Positions 1-10,296 of a stretch of DNA of 64,000 nt are shown here, one piece after another. The position numbers and the translations under genes are program-made. The notes under the pieces were generated by a model. The model searched no databases. It was not told where the DNA came from and saw nothing but the letters and a program-made list of their open reading frames with translations. The stretch's first letter is position 1. Each line of letters starts with the position of its first letter. Origin of the DNA: a virus; the IMG/VR virus record IMGVR_UViG_3300031746_000003, positions 56,345-120,344 of that record, one strand, 5' to 3'.

Positions 1-612
1 GAGGTTTACAAGGACGTGGCCAGGAAGTACCCAGACCTTGCTCGGCACAGTGATATACCAGCAGTGAAGGCAAAGGCTAAGCACGCTAGTAAGTACCACG
101 CTGGTTACCCCAAGTTTCTTAAGAGGTATAGTGAGGGGCTAACCGGTGAGAAGGTACGCGATCTAAAGGGTACACGGGACACGGTTAAGAACAAGCTAGA
201 GAAATCCCACGTACTAAAGACTAGAGGTGGTACTGCAGCAGCTGTAGTTGCGCCTATTGTTGGGAAGAAGCTACACGATAAGCGTAAGGCGAATAACGAC
301 AAGCTCGCTGGTGTAGCGGGTGCTATCGGTGGAGCAGCTCTTGGTGGTATGGGTGGCTTACTAGAAGCCCACACGGCTAACCCAGAAGCCATGAACCAAC
401 GCGTTCACGAGCTAGAGGCCAGGGACAGAGGCACCTTTGGTGATGCTCTCTCTATCGCTAAGGCGAAGATGAGAGCTTCCATGGGTGAGCTTTCTCACGC
501 GCATCCAGGGGCAGCTATGCTTACAGGTGCAGCTATCGGTGGGGTAACTGGGCATCACATAGAGTCTCAGCTACCTGGGATTATGCAGAACATAAAAGAA
601 CTGAGGAGCTGA
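1..612 (+). CDS. Glycine-zipper, basic virion (putative internal head) protein, 5'-truncated
   Basis: Frame open from base 1; GAIGGAALGG and GAAIGG zippers; NDKLAG K-x-A motif. Confidence 0.6.
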   Translation, partial: EVYKDVARKYPDLARHSDIPAVKAKAKHASKYHAGYPKFLKRYSEGLTGEKVRDLKGTRDTVKNKLEKSHVLKTRGGTAAAVVAPIVGKKLHDKRKANNDKLAGVAGAIGGAALGGMGGLLEAHTANPEAMNQRVHELEARDRGTFGDALSIAKAKMRASMGELSHAHPGAAMLTGAAIGGVTGHHIESQLPGIMQNIKELRS

Positions 613-614
613 TC

Positions 615-2288
615 ATGCTCGATACATTTTTGAAGGTTGCCTACGACCACGAGAAGACCGCTGCTGGTAAGGAGTACACGGTTGACCTTCTAAAGCAGCT
701 CCCTAATGACTACCTACAGGCGCTTGCGTCTGGCGAGGTAAAGCTAGCGCATCTTAGCTGCGGTTCTGGTGGGGACTACGAGTGGCTAGAGAAGTTCAAG
801 GGTTCTCCTCTATTCGACCAGGCGCTGCAGCTAGAGCAGAAGACCTTGGAAATGGACCTACAGAAGCAGCAGACGAACAACGAGCGTCGTCAGATGTGGG
901 ACCAGCAGGACCAGGAGATGGACCAGCTGCGCATCCAGAAGAAGCTGCTAGATCTACAGCTCGTTCAACAAGAGGGTCAGACTGCCGCCGGTGGTATGCC
1001 CGCAGCTGAGGGTGCACCTCCTGAACTCCCAGTAGAAGCTGCTCCACCCGAGGCAGCTCCTCCTGGTCCACCAGCAGCTGCCGCTAACCCTGTTTCTGTG
1101 AAGGTGGGCTCCATAAGTAAGACAGCTCTAACTGCTGCTGATGTGTATCGTCGGGTGAATAATGCAGCCATTAACGCGAGTCCAAAGCGTCTTAATAACT
1201 TCGGCAAGAGGATGGATATCGCACACGATATGGCTGTAGGAGATAACGTAGCTAAAGGGCTAGCGCACCCATCGTCAGCAGGCTCTGCTTCTAAGTATTG
1301 GGATGCTGGGACCGCTGCTAACTATGCGGAAAGAGCAAAGAGGCAGGGTTTACCGGTAAAACGGATGGAGAAGGGTGGTGCCGCTAGTTCTAAGGACAAA
1401 GTTACGGCGAAAGACCGTATGCACGCTGGCGCTCGGGGGGCAGCAGTTGGCGGTACTCTTGGGGCTGTTGCACATGAGGTTAACCGACGTATTACGGGGA
1501 CTAAATCTCATAAGGGGTTAGTCCCAAACGTTGCTGAAAAAGCCATTGTCATTGGGGGTTTAGCTGCTGCCCTAGCTAAGTCACGTAAGGAAAAGACCTC
1601 CGCTGAGCACGAGAAGCACCGCGCAACTAAGCAGGTAGCTTCTTTAGCTGCTCTCCCTGCCCTAGGAGCAGCGACTGGCGCAGGTGGCAGGGCACTTCTT
1701 TCCTTAGGAGTCAAGGATACCGAGCCGTTAACTGCCAAGGCGGTCAAAGCACTTGGTGAGGCTGTGCCTTCTGCTAAGGAGCAGCTCAAGAACCTTCTGA
1801 AGAACCAGAAGGCGAAACCAGGAGACCTGGCGCACAAGGTCATTCGTGGGGCTGGTGTTGGTGGTGCTATTGGTCTAGGCGCTGCTGGGGCTATAGGTGC
1901 TACGCAGCTGATCCACCATGGAGACACCGAGGGGCATATCACAGGTGCTATGAAGCGCCGCCGAGAAGCAGCTGAGAGTTTTGCTAAATCTCATAGTGTT
2001 AAGGAGGGCAGCAAGGTTGCTAGTAGCCCCATGCTAAACGCCATGCGGAGTCTAAGAAGTGCGTGGGGTATCGAGAAGGACAGTGCAGCAGCCCCAGCTG
2101 TAGACCCGCACCTTGGTATGAAGCTAAAGGACGCACCACAAGCCGCTTTAAATGCAGTGCAGTACGGCACACATGCGGCTGGTGACTGGGTAGGTAAGAA
2201 TCCAAAGGCTGCTCTTGGTGGTGCAGCTCTACTTGCTGGTGGCGCGTTGCTGGGAAGAGCTAGTAAAGACGACCGTCCAAGGTACTGA
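615..2288 (+). CDS. Putative internal head/ejection protein with many K-x-A motifs and glycine zippers
   Basis: AGGAG RBS; FLKVAY, HEKTAA, EVKLAH, ISKTAL, GSKVAS; Q-rich coiled coil, Pro-rich linker, several GxxxG helices. Confidence 0.65.
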   Translation: MLDTFLKVAYDHEKTAAGKEYTVDLLKQLPNDYLQALASGEVKLAHLSCGSGGDYEWLEKFKGSPLFDQALQLEQKTLEMDLQKQQTNNERRQMWDQQDQEMDQLRIQKKLLDLQLVQQEGQTAAGGMPAAEGAPPELPVEAAPPEAAPPGPPAAAANPVSVKVGSISKTALTAADVYRRVNNAAINASPKRLNNFGKRMDIAHDMAVGDNVAKGLAHPSSAGSASKYWDAGTAANYAERAKRQGLPVKRMEKGGAASSKDKVTAKDRMHAGARGAAVGGTLGAVAHEVNRRITGTKSHKGLVPNVAEKAIVIGGLAAALAKSRKEKTSAEHEKHRATKQVASLAALPALGAATGAGGRALLSLGVKDTEPLTAKAVKALGEAVPSAKEQLKNLLKNQKAKPGDLAHKVIRGAGVGGAIGLGAAGAIGATQLIHHGDTEGHITGAMKRRREAAESFAKSHSVKEGSKVASSPMLNAMRSLRSAWGIEKDSAAAPAVDPHLGMKLKDAPQAALNAVQYGTHAAGDWVGKNPKAALGGAALLAGGALLGRASKDDRPRY

Positions 2289-3193
2289 TGCCCGTCCCGC
2301 TGGTAGTTAAAGAGTTAAAGATCCGCTCGTTAGACGCAGACTTCAACGAAATATCGTGGAAGCTGGAGTCTACGAGTGAGGACGTGCTCGACTACACCTT
2401 TCAGGTTACTCGTTCAGAGGGTGCCGAGGGGCCCTACGACGCAATATCTCCGTTGATGGACGACACTTATATCTTCATCGACAATATGGTGAAGATCGGG
2501 CATCGCTACCGACATAACTTCTACAAGCTGGTCATCACCCAGAAGTCTTCTGGAGACACTTCTGAGTTTGGTCCTGAGGAGAAAGAGGCGGAGCCAGATC
2601 TAATAGCTCTAGAACTGCGGAAGCATATGAACCTGCTTTTCCGTGAGTTCGCTGGGCGTAGGTGCTGGGTGCTGCCTGTTAGAACCTTTGGTCAACGCTG
2701 CGGGTGTTGGAATGCCACACTGCAAAAGCGTACGCGTTCCGGTTGCCGTACTTGTTACGACACAGGTTTTATTCGTGGGTACATGCACCCAATAGAGACC
2801 TGGTTACAGATAGATCCTAGTCCCGCCAACGAGACGACTACTAATGTAGGCCCTATCCATCAGAACAACACTACTGCTCGGCTAGGCTACTACCCTTCGT
2901 TAAAGCCTCGTGATCTTATCATTGAGCCAGAGAACCGCAGGTGGCGAGTTACTCAGGTAGGTGCTACTGAGCAGTTACGTTCTCCGGTACACCAAGAGAT
3001 ACAGATTCACGAGGTACCCCAGACCGACATAGAGTTTTTGATACCTCTGCAGTTAGATCAGGCTCTACGGGATGTGTTCTTCTCTCCTGCTAGGAACTTC
3101 ACGAATCCGTACACGTTAGAGAACTTCGAGAACGAAGAGATCCCTAAGATCTACAATCTGTACTACTCTAGCTACCCACCAGTGAAGTCATGA
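2288..3193 (+). CDS. Putative head closure/neck protein (FnIII-like N-terminus plus Zn-binding insert)
   Basis: RCGCW...SGCRTCYDTGFIRGY and PRDLIIEPENRRWRV patterns resemble large-myophage neck proteins; upstream of sheath. Confidence 0.6.
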   Translation: MPVPLVVKELKIRSLDADFNEISWKLESTSEDVLDYTFQVTRSEGAEGPYDAISPLMDDTYIFIDNMVKIGHRYRHNFYKLVITQKSSGDTSEFGPEEKEAEPDLIALELRKHMNLLFREFAGRRCWVLPVRTFGQRCGCWNATLQKRTRSGCRTCYDTGFIRGYMHPIETWLQIDPSPANETTTNVGPIHQNNTTARLGYYPSLKPRDLIIEPENRRWRVTQVGATEQLRSPVHQEIQIHEVPQTDIEFLIPLQLDQALRDVFFSPARNFTNPYTLENFENEEIPKIYNLYYSSYPPVKS

Positions 3194-3525
3194 TATCCGT
3201 ACGTCACTACCTACCAGAGTACGCTGACAGCTTTGCCAAGTTAGCTGGGGTATTGCCAGCTACCGTAGCTAAGAAGCCTGACAGCCAGCTTAAGCGAACG
3301 CTTCAGACAGCGGCTAAGGGAGCTCTTGGTATTGGGCTAGGTACTGCCGCAGGTTTTGGTATTGGGGCAGCTACTGATGCTATAGCTCGCGGGCTTAGTG
3401 GCAAGCCTTCTGGCATACCTGAGTTCAAGTATATCGTTCCTGTGTTAACTGCCGGGATGCTGGTGTCTAAGGCTTTGTGGCAAGCTAAGGAACAGGAGGC
3501 TCTACGTGGCAGGAAAGATCGTTGA
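3190..3525 (+). CDS. Small glycine-zipper protein with K-x-A motif
   Basis: DSFAKLAG; GALGIGLGTAAGFGIGA. Confidence 0.6.
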   Translation: MISVRHYLPEYADSFAKLAGVLPATVAKKPDSQLKRTLQTAAKGALGIGLGTAAGFGIGAATDAIARGLSGKPSGIPEFKYIVPVLTAGMLVSKALWQAKEQEALRGRKDR

Positions 3526-4411
3526 GACCAACCCGAACAGGGGTTTCCCTGATTCGAGCTTCAGGTATACACCCCTGCAGCATTTGCGTGTCTTGATGAC
3601 TGCTTTTGCCCAGGGCATCTTTGCGGAGGCTCCTCCTGGTTTTTACCACTGGACTCCGGACATGAGCTCTACAGAGATCGTCATCACAGACGAGTCTCCC
3701 ATCCATGTAGAGAAGGTAGGGCAGCGCCCGGCTATCACGTTCACGCGTGGCCCGGTGCAGTTCTACTCGCTTGGCATGGACGACATGTATAAGTACGACT
3801 TCGACACGGACCGTAAGACAAAGGTTGTCTTGGTCCCTGGCACGATGATCGTTAACTGTTGCTCTCGTGTAGATATCGAGAGTGAGAACATTGCCTGGAC
3901 ATTCACGGAGCACATCTGGCTGCTACGTGACCGGCTAATGAAAGAGGGCTTCTTCGAGATAGGCAGGCAGCCTGGGATAGGCGCCCCTTCTCCAGCTGGT
4001 TCTATTGTGGCCGGTGACGGTGGTGACGAGTGGTTTGTTACTGCGGTAACAATCCCATTCCAGTTCGGAAGGAAGTCCGCGTTTACCCCACTAGGTCAGC
4101 GGATCGTAAAGAACATAGAGCAGAAGCTGGATGTGGTGCACAACAGGGTAGCATCCCAGGGGTACCCGGATGCCCTCATAGACCTACCGATAAATATTCA
4201 TACGTGTCCACCACCCCCATTTTCTCCAGCATCTGACGCACATGGGCGATCACCGGACCCAGCTGGCGTAGCTGTAGCTGGCCCACAAGCTCAACCAGAT
4301 CCATTAAACCCCGCTACTAGGCGGGTTATACGCAGTGTTCATCCTAATAGGCCATTTAGGTCTGCCTCCATGAGAGGTGTGCCTATTCCTATAAAAGACC
4401 CATGCGTGTAA
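3506..4411 (+). CDS. Putative tail terminator/completion protein
   Basis: GGAGG RBS before GTG; RPAITFTRGP and IVNCCSR..ESENIA pattern; directly upstream of sheath. Confidence 0.55.
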   Translation: MAGKIVETNPNRGFPDSSFRYTPLQHLRVLMTAFAQGIFAEAPPGFYHWTPDMSSTEIVITDESPIHVEKVGQRPAITFTRGPVQFYSLGMDDMYKYDFDTDRKTKVVLVPGTMIVNCCSRVDIESENIAWTFTEHIWLLRDRLMKEGFFEIGRQPGIGAPSPAGSIVAGDGGDEWFVTAVTIPFQFGRKSAFTPLGQRIVKNIEQKLDVVHNRVASQGYPDALIDLPINIHTCPPPPFSPASDAHGRSPDPAGVAVAGPQAQPDPLNPATRRVIRSVHPNRPFRSASMRGVPIPIKDPCV

Positions 4412-4473
4412 GAATCTTGTTGTGATTCACCACACTCCGAGCATAGCGAAGTTTTTCGTGAAAGGAGCCGCCA

Positions 4474-7400
4474 ATGGCTGCTGAACTCCCCCGCCCAGGG
4501 GTCGAAGTAATCCAGGTTTTCCGGACCACCTCCCCAACGGTGATCACCCCCACGCTCACGCCTTGCGTGGTCGGCGTAGCCAAGCAGATTGTTGATGTTC
4601 TGGTGCCAACGGGCTCTGGTAGCAACACGCTGAACACGGCGGCGTTGATTAACATGCCTGGCTTCTTCATCTCGAAGGATGCCGTTGGTGACCCGCCTAT
4701 CTACAGCATTCTTGACGGCGATGCGTTTAGCATTTCCGTAAATGGTGGTGCAGATATCACACTAGAGTTCTCTGACCTAGCGGCAGCTGGTCTTTCCCCA
4801 GCAGATATCGTTGCTCAGGTAAACGAGCAGCTGCTGGCGCAGAACGTCTCTAGCATTCGCGCTACCCAGGTTGGAGATCTAACTTGGCGCCTAGCCACAG
4901 TTGGTCTTGGGGAGTTCCAGTACATCACCATACTAGACGCTGACGCTTCGGTGCTCAGCGCCTTTGGTATCGGCATAGGCAAGACCTACGCCGGTCTGGA
5001 CAACTACAACCAGCTCATTGCTGAGATTCCTCAGGCAAACTTTCCAGACCCACGTAGCAATCTTTCGCAGTTGGCTATCGAGAACGATTCTATCCGAGTC
5101 TTTCTAGCGACCGGTAACGGAGCCAACCTACTAGAGACCAGCCGCACGTCAGCGTTCTGCCGTAATGGAGCTACCAGCAAGGTAGTTGTTACAGGTATTA
5201 CGGACATTGCACTATTAGCCTTGTACGGCGGTGCGGGTACATTGGACACCACCGTACTCAACATGTCCATAAATGGTGCGACGTCACCAACAGCACTGAC
5301 CTTTGTAGGCCTTACAAACGCCTTAAATGAAGCAGCTATGTTGGCGGCTATCACGGCTACTTTCCCTGGTGTAGTAGCCAGCTTTGTAGCCGTGGGCCCA
5401 GTGCACAACCTTGTACTCACCACGACCATCAGTGGAGCACCTGCTCAGATTCGCATCTTTGCTGGTACTGCCAACGCGATTCTGGGTCTCTCAGTGTCTG
5501 ACACAGTGGGTGGAACTATCTCTGCTGTCGATGACGGCAATGGAGACACAGTTACTCCATTGATAGAGTTCGGTGGGTACACCCCACAGGCCTTTACGGT
5601 TACGCCTACCCAAGCGGTACTAACTGCGTCTTCTGCACTCACACTACCACCAGCAGCGGGCTCGACACTTATACTGAATGGTGGAGACCAGACACAGACG
5701 ATCACCTTTGATGGTACTGAGGTACTAGCTGCTGCGGTACATGCGGCTATCAATGCCGTAGTTGGACCTGCCGCTGGTGGTCACATCACTGCAAGTGGGG
5801 CTACTCTAGTTCTTACCCACGACCGTTTTGGGACGGACAGTGTGATCAACATTGTCGGTGGTACAGCGCTAGCGACTAGCCTAGACCCCGGTGTAACACC
5901 GACTATTGTAGCTGGGGCTACGAAGCGCGGAATTGTGTCTAAGCCGGAGGCGGGTGACTCGCTCTACTTAGATGGTTCGTTCTACGCGACCATTCTTCAG
6001 GTAGCACCTGGCCTTGTTACCAGCCGCGTGAAGATCGACCGACAGGTGCCAATTAAGGCTGACCTAGCGCAGACCTTCTACATCGTTGCCAACAACCTGC
6101 CTGGTATAGCAAGCAGGCCGCTACCGGAGCTAACCATCACCCTAAATGGGGACGTGGTTATCAAGCAGGAGCTCCTCAGGGAGATCACGGGCACCTCTGT
6201 AGGTACTCTACGAGCTCCTATCTACCTGGCGTACAAGGCCGTTCGTAAGGACGTTACCTCGGCAGCTACCTCCCCTGGTCTCCTACGGTACGACAACACG
6301 ACCACGCTTACTCAGGACCTCAGCCCGATTAACGTGTCCAACCCACTTGCCCTTGGGTTGTTCTTCGCTCTTCTCAATGCCCCAGGTGCTCAGGTTACTG
6401 GCATCGGTGTTGACGAGGTTAGCGCAGACTCCCCGTACGGCACAGTCGAAGGGTTCACGCGAGCGGCTGAGTACCTTGAGAACTTCGAGGTCTACGCAAT
6501 CGCTCCGCTGACCCACGACGATACGGTTGGCCAGGTGTACAACACCCACATCACGGTGATGAGCTCCCCCGCTAACAAGGGTGAGCGCATTGCTATCTGG
6601 AACCCGGCTACGCCAACCAAGAAGCTAGACACACTAGTTGCGTCTGGCTCTGATGGTAATAGCTCAGGTCCCAGCGGTACTCTGTTCGATACTGGTGTAG
6701 CTAACCTGTCTGCCCTTCTGCTGAACGCAGGGGTAAACCCGGTTGGTACGATACCGGTATCGAAGGGTGTGTTCCTGGACATCGCCAGTGACAGCAAGCA
6801 CTACTCGGTGCAGTCTATCTCGGGCGCTACCGTCACCATCAGGACAGTGTTTGGTCCTGGTGAGAACACGGATGCTTTCTACTCCACTACTGACCTGAAC
6901 ACTCCCCCTCTGCCAGCCTCGCTTATAGAGGAAGCGTTTAGTGTTAAGGTCCGTGGAGCAGCACTCGCTACGGTATCAGGTATGCCTGACCGTAACGGTA
7001 TTGCGGCCACCGTAACCGGCATTGGCCAGTCCTTCCTGAACCGCAGGTTCTGGATGACCTTCCCTGACAAAGCGGGTGCTGTCATAGAGGGCACTGACCA
7101 GATCGTGGAGGGCTTCTACATGAACGCGGCTATCGCGGGCATGATTGGCCAGCAGCCTCCTCAGCAGTCCTTCACGAACTTCCCGATGACTGGGTTCACC
7201 CGAGTCATTGGATCGAGTGAAGTCTACTCGGAGCGTCAGCTGAACCAGATGGCTGCAGGTGGCGCGTACATCATCGTGCAGGACTTCATCGGAGCTCCGC
7301 TCATCGCCCGGATGGCTCTCACCACGGACCTCACGTCTGTGGAGACCCGTACGGACTCCATCACGAAGGTTGTCGACTTCACCGCGAAGTTCCTGCGCAA

Positions 7401-7629
7401 GTCGCTCAAGAACTTCATTGGTAGGTTCAACATCACCCAGGGTCTACTGGACAGCCTTGGTACTGTTATCCAGGGTTCTCTAGGGTTCCTCATCGAGCAC
7501 GGCATCCTCATCGGTGGGCAGCTGAACAACATTGTTCAGGACGAGACTGCTCCTGACACGGTGCTTATCGATATCACCCTGGATGTTCCATATCCCTGCA
7601 ACTACATCCGTCTGACCCTATTCATCTGA
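4474..7629 (+). CDS. Contractile tail sheath protein with large inserted domains
   Basis: N-terminal PRPGVEVIQVF; C-terminal SITKVVDF...FIGRFNIT and DITLDVPYPCNYIRLTL are sheath hallmarks; AAGGAG RBS. Confidence 0.92.
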   Translation: MAAELPRPGVEVIQVFRTTSPTVITPTLTPCVVGVAKQIVDVLVPTGSGSNTLNTAALINMPGFFISKDAVGDPPIYSILDGDAFSISVNGGADITLEFSDLAAAGLSPADIVAQVNEQLLAQNVSSIRATQVGDLTWRLATVGLGEFQYITILDADASVLSAFGIGIGKTYAGLDNYNQLIAEIPQANFPDPRSNLSQLAIENDSIRVFLATGNGANLLETSRTSAFCRNGATSKVVVTGITDIALLALYGGAGTLDTTVLNMSINGATSPTALTFVGLTNALNEAAMLAAITATFPGVVASFVAVGPVHNLVLTTTISGAPAQIRIFAGTANAILGLSVSDTVGGTISAVDDGNGDTVTPLIEFGGYTPQAFTVTPTQAVLTASSALTLPPAAGSTLILNGGDQTQTITFDGTEVLAAAVHAAINAVVGPAAGGHITASGATLVLTHDRFGTDSVINIVGGTALATSLDPGVTPTIVAGATKRGIVSKPEAGDSLYLDGSFYATILQVAPGLVTSRVKIDRQVPIKADLAQTFYIVANNLPGIASRPLPELTITLNGDVVIKQELLREITGTSVGTLRAPIYLAYKAVRKDVTSAATSPGLLRYDNTTTLTQDLSPINVSNPLALGLFFALLNAPGAQVTGIGVDEVSADSPYGTVEGFTRAAEYLENFEVYAIAPLTHDDTVGQVYNTHITVMSSPANKGERIAIWNPATPTKKLDTLVASGSDGNSSGPSGTLFDTGVANLSALLLNAGVNPVGTIPVSKGVFLDIASDSKHYSVQSISGATVTIRTVFGPGENTDAFYSTTDLNTPPLPASLIEEAFSVKVRGAALATVSGMPDRNGIAATVTGIGQSFLNRRFWMTFPDKAGAVIEGTDQIVEGFYMNAAIAGMIGQQPPQQSFTNFPMTGFTRVIGSSEVYSERQLNQMAAGGAYIIVQDFIGAPLIARMALTTDLTSVETRTDSITKVVDFTAKFLRKSLKNFIGRFNITQGLLDSLGTVIQGSLGFLIEHGILIGGQLNNIVQDETAPDTVLIDITLDVPYPCNYIRLTLFI

Positions 7630-7636
7630 GAGCCCA

Positions 7637-7858
7637 ATGGACATTGAGCACATCAGAAAACTGGCCTCACTAGCTAACGGCAAGGAGCTTCTTGAGAAGC
7701 TCTCTGCCCCAGTTATACCGAGTCCTTTGACTGCGACTCTTCTGCATAAGGCAGCTGAGTGTGACGTGCGCTTTCTCAAGATCGCAGCCTGGATGAACAC
7801 AGGTGATACACTAGAGGCCTACGAGGCACTAACTGGCCGTAACGTAGAGCAGGAATAA
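7637..7858 (+). CDS. Small protein between sheath and tube with three K-x-A motifs
   Basis: IRKLAS, LHKAAE, FLKIAA; fills the gap exactly. Confidence 0.65.
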   Translation: MDIEHIRKLASLANGKELLEKLSAPVIPSPLTATLLHKAAECDVRFLKIAAWMNTGDTLEAYEALTGRNVEQE

Positions 7859-7869
7859 AAGGAGTTATC

Positions 7870-8682
7870 ATGGCCGGCACATTTTCCGAGTGGTCACCAT
7901 ACACAAACTACGTTCAGGCCGGTATGGTCGACGGGGCGTACGCCAACGCTGGCTACACCATGTTGGCAGCTGGTCCTCCGCGACTAGCTAACATCGGTGG
8001 AGCAGCAGCACTAGCTTCTCAGGTTAGTGGAGCTGTCATCAGCTCTAACGGTGGCGCCCAGCCTCCTGTATCAGCTGGCGCTAACCAGATCGTGTTCCCG
8101 ATTGGTATCGTGCAGAACTTCAACCTGTCTCACACCAGGCAGTTCTCCAGGATCTTCGAAATTGGGTCAGAGCGAAGCTACTTCATTGCTGGTAGGACGG
8201 TAGGCCAGATCGGTCTAGCTCGCATCTACTACCACGGTGCTTCGCTGCTACGCACGATGTACGCGTACTACAGCGACATCATCCCGCCCACAGTAGTGCA
8301 GCCAATGTTCGGCAACATCGGTTCGCAGACGATGTCCAACCCGCACGATGTGATCATCCCTCCTGGGTATGAGAACATCTACATCAACCTGGCTTCCGAC
8401 TTGTTCGCGCAGCCTGTAGGCCTACTGATGTACATCCGTGACATCAACCAGGACGCTCTTGGTGCGATGTACTTCGAAGCGTGCTACATGCCGAACCACA
8501 GTTGGGCAACAGACTCTCAGGGTGTGCTCATCCAGGAGTCGGTAGCGGTGCAGTTCGAGCGTGGAGTACCAGTTGAGATCGCGGCACTGAGCCTAGTTGG
8601 TGGCCAGAACGCTGGTGGTGCCGATGTCTTCTCTCCGCCTGGGCAGGGTTCAGGTACCATCCTAGGTATCCCTGGTTCGTGA
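7870..8682 (+). CDS. Tail tube protein
   Basis: IGIVQNFNLSHTRQFSRIFEIGS and YFEACY...LIQESVAVQFER tube motifs; AAGGAG RBS; follows sheath. Confidence 0.85.
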   Translation: MAGTFSEWSPYTNYVQAGMVDGAYANAGYTMLAAGPPRLANIGGAAALASQVSGAVISSNGGAQPPVSAGANQIVFPIGIVQNFNLSHTRQFSRIFEIGSERSYFIAGRTVGQIGLARIYYHGASLLRTMYAYYSDIIPPTVVQPMFGNIGSQTMSNPHDVIIPPGYENIYINLASDLFAQPVGLLMYIRDINQDALGAMYFEACYMPNHSWATDSQGVLIQESVAVQFERGVPVEIAALSLVGGQNAGGADVFSPPGQGSGTILGIPGS

Positions 8683-8696
8683 TAGGACGCTACTAG

Positions 8697-9080
8697 ATGT
8701 CCACACCGTTTACGCTGTCAGGTACGTTACAGCTACCCCCTGACCTGGGGGTGCCTAACACTAACATTCCTTTCAGCACATCGTCTGGGTTCGATTCCAG
8801 GAGCGAAGCTGAGTACAACTTTGTGGGTGCAGGCACTAAGGTCGTAGACTTTGGCACCATTACTTCTCCTGGGGCCAAGGCTATCCTCATAGAGGTAGAC
8901 CCGAACGCTACTGCAACCCCCGTATTGGTTCAGTTCAACGGTGGTGGAGCTCCTGGCCAGGTAGAGATTGCTCCTGGTGGTTTCATTGCCTACGCTAACC
9001 CCGTGCCGTTGACCGGCATAACCTCCGTATCTATCGTGTACTCTACAAATGTCAGGGTACGTATACGTTTGCTAGGATAA
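8697..9080 (+). CDS. Beta-rich putative structural protein
   Basis: 127-aa beta-strand-rich ORF coupled in the tail operon. Confidence 0.55.
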   Translation: MSTPFTLSGTLQLPPDLGVPNTNIPFSTSSGFDSRSEAEYNFVGAGTKVVDFGTITSPGAKAILIEVDPNATATPVLVQFNGGGAPGQVEIAPGGFIAYANPVPLTGITSVSIVYSTNVRVRIRLLG

Positions 9081-9090
9081 TAGACTTCAT

Positions 9091-9462
9091 ATGTTGGCCT
9101 TCGCTAGCGAAGAAGTAGTGGGGGTAGGAGTCAAGGCAGGCCTCTCGATACTGGAATCCAGTATCTTAGGGGCCATTGCTATTTTGGCCATCGCCATAAC
9201 TGGCTGGGCTATCTTTAAGCTCAGCCACGTCCAGGACCTGCGCGTTGCCGATCAGAAAGCCATCAACGATAAGATGGAGAAGCTGATCGAGAAGATGACT
9301 ACTGCGTTCAGCGAGATCAATAATACGCTGGGCAACTTGGTCACCTCTGACAAGGATAGCCAAGGGGTATTGCTGGGGTTGAAAGGGTCACTTGACGGGG
9401 TGATCATGGAAGCTATCAGGAGGAGTGGTGGGGGCACCTACCCCCCAGGGAGAACACGTTGA
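9091..9462 (+). CDS. Membrane protein, holin-like
   Basis: Hydrophobic helix SILGAIAILAIAITGWAIF followed by a coiled coil. Confidence 0.5.
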   Translation: MLAFASEEVVGVGVKAGLSILESSILGAIAILAIAITGWAIFKLSHVQDLRVADQKAINDKMEKLIEKMTTAFSEINNTLGNLVTSDKDSQGVLLGLKGSLDGVIMEAIRRSGGGTYPPGRTR

Positions 9463-9728
9463 TGTTCGCATTCCTTCATAAGCTGGTCGGCTCTACGAGC
9501 GTACACAAGAGTGAAGAGGCTAGGTTTAAGAAGAACTTAGACAACATGGACTCTAAGGAGTCTGAATTAGACGCTCTTCGTGATACGCTACGTAAGATTC
9601 AAGGCAGCATGGGCCAGAAGCAAGAGCTCATGCGGACCATAAGTAGCTCATCACTTAAGGCGGTACGTCCAGATGGCGGAGAACAACTCACCGGAGCTCA
9701 GCTCCTCAGACCTCACCAGAAAGCCTAA
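9459..9728 (+). CDS. Small coiled-coil protein
   Basis: GGAG RBS; coupled to neighbours. Confidence 0.5.
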   Translation: MMFAFLHKLVGSTSVHKSEEARFKKNLDNMDSKESELDALRDTLRKIQGSMGQKQELMRTISSSSLKAVRPDGGEQLTGAQLLRPHQKA

Positions 9729-10296
9729 CCAGACCCTTCTAGATCTGGGTGAGAAGTTTTCTGCGCTGATTCAACCGCTACAGGCTATTCTCGATCACTT
9801 GATTGAGAACAACAAGATAGCCGCACGGGGAGCTCGGCTAACTACCTTTGTGTTGTGGGGCTTGCTGACCTGCTTTGTGTTAGCCGCTGTTGTGTTGATA
9901 CGCGTGGAGAACGCTACTAGCCGGCTGATCAAGGCGCAGGAGAGCGAGGAGAGGCTTGCCCGCAGGATCGAAGACAGTATCCGCATCACCAACGTGGTCG
10001 CGCAGACCACCAAGGATACTCAGAAGACTGTTGTTGCCGTGCAGGATGAGGCTGCTAGCCAACCCTCTGTTGTTGTACTTCCTGGTGTGGCTAAGGATGA
10101 ACTAAAGGTGGTTATACAGCCACGTAGAAAGGTCCACGTACCAGAGCTCGTAGCTATGCAGTCTGACTCTGTAACTGTCTCTGCATCTGACTCCGCACCT
10201 GTCTCTGCACCAATGGCCATAGAAGAGAAAGCTGTAGAGATACCAGTTAAGGCAGACTCCGAGTTGGGTCGTCAGCTAAGTGGTCTCAAGCGATGA
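9673..10296 (+). CDS. Single-pass membrane coiled-coil protein (possibly spanin-like)
   Basis: TM segment FVLWGLLTCFVLAAVVLI followed by a long coiled coil. Confidence 0.5.
   Translation: MAENNSPELSSSDLTRKPNQTLLDLGEKFSALIQPLQAILDHLIENNKIAARGARLTTFVLWGLLTCFVLAAVVLIRVENATSRLIKAQESEERLARRIEDSIRITNVVAQTTKDTQKTVVAVQDEAASQPSVVVLPGVAKDELKVVIQPRRKVHVPELVAMQSDSVTVSASDSAPVSAPMAIEEKAVEIPVKADSELGRQLSGLKR

Noticed and set aside
4389-7532. Many minus-strand ORFs inside the sheath gene (and similarly inside the tape measure and fibre genes)
   Set aside because: Antisense shadows of strongly coding frames, without RBS or recognisable motifs
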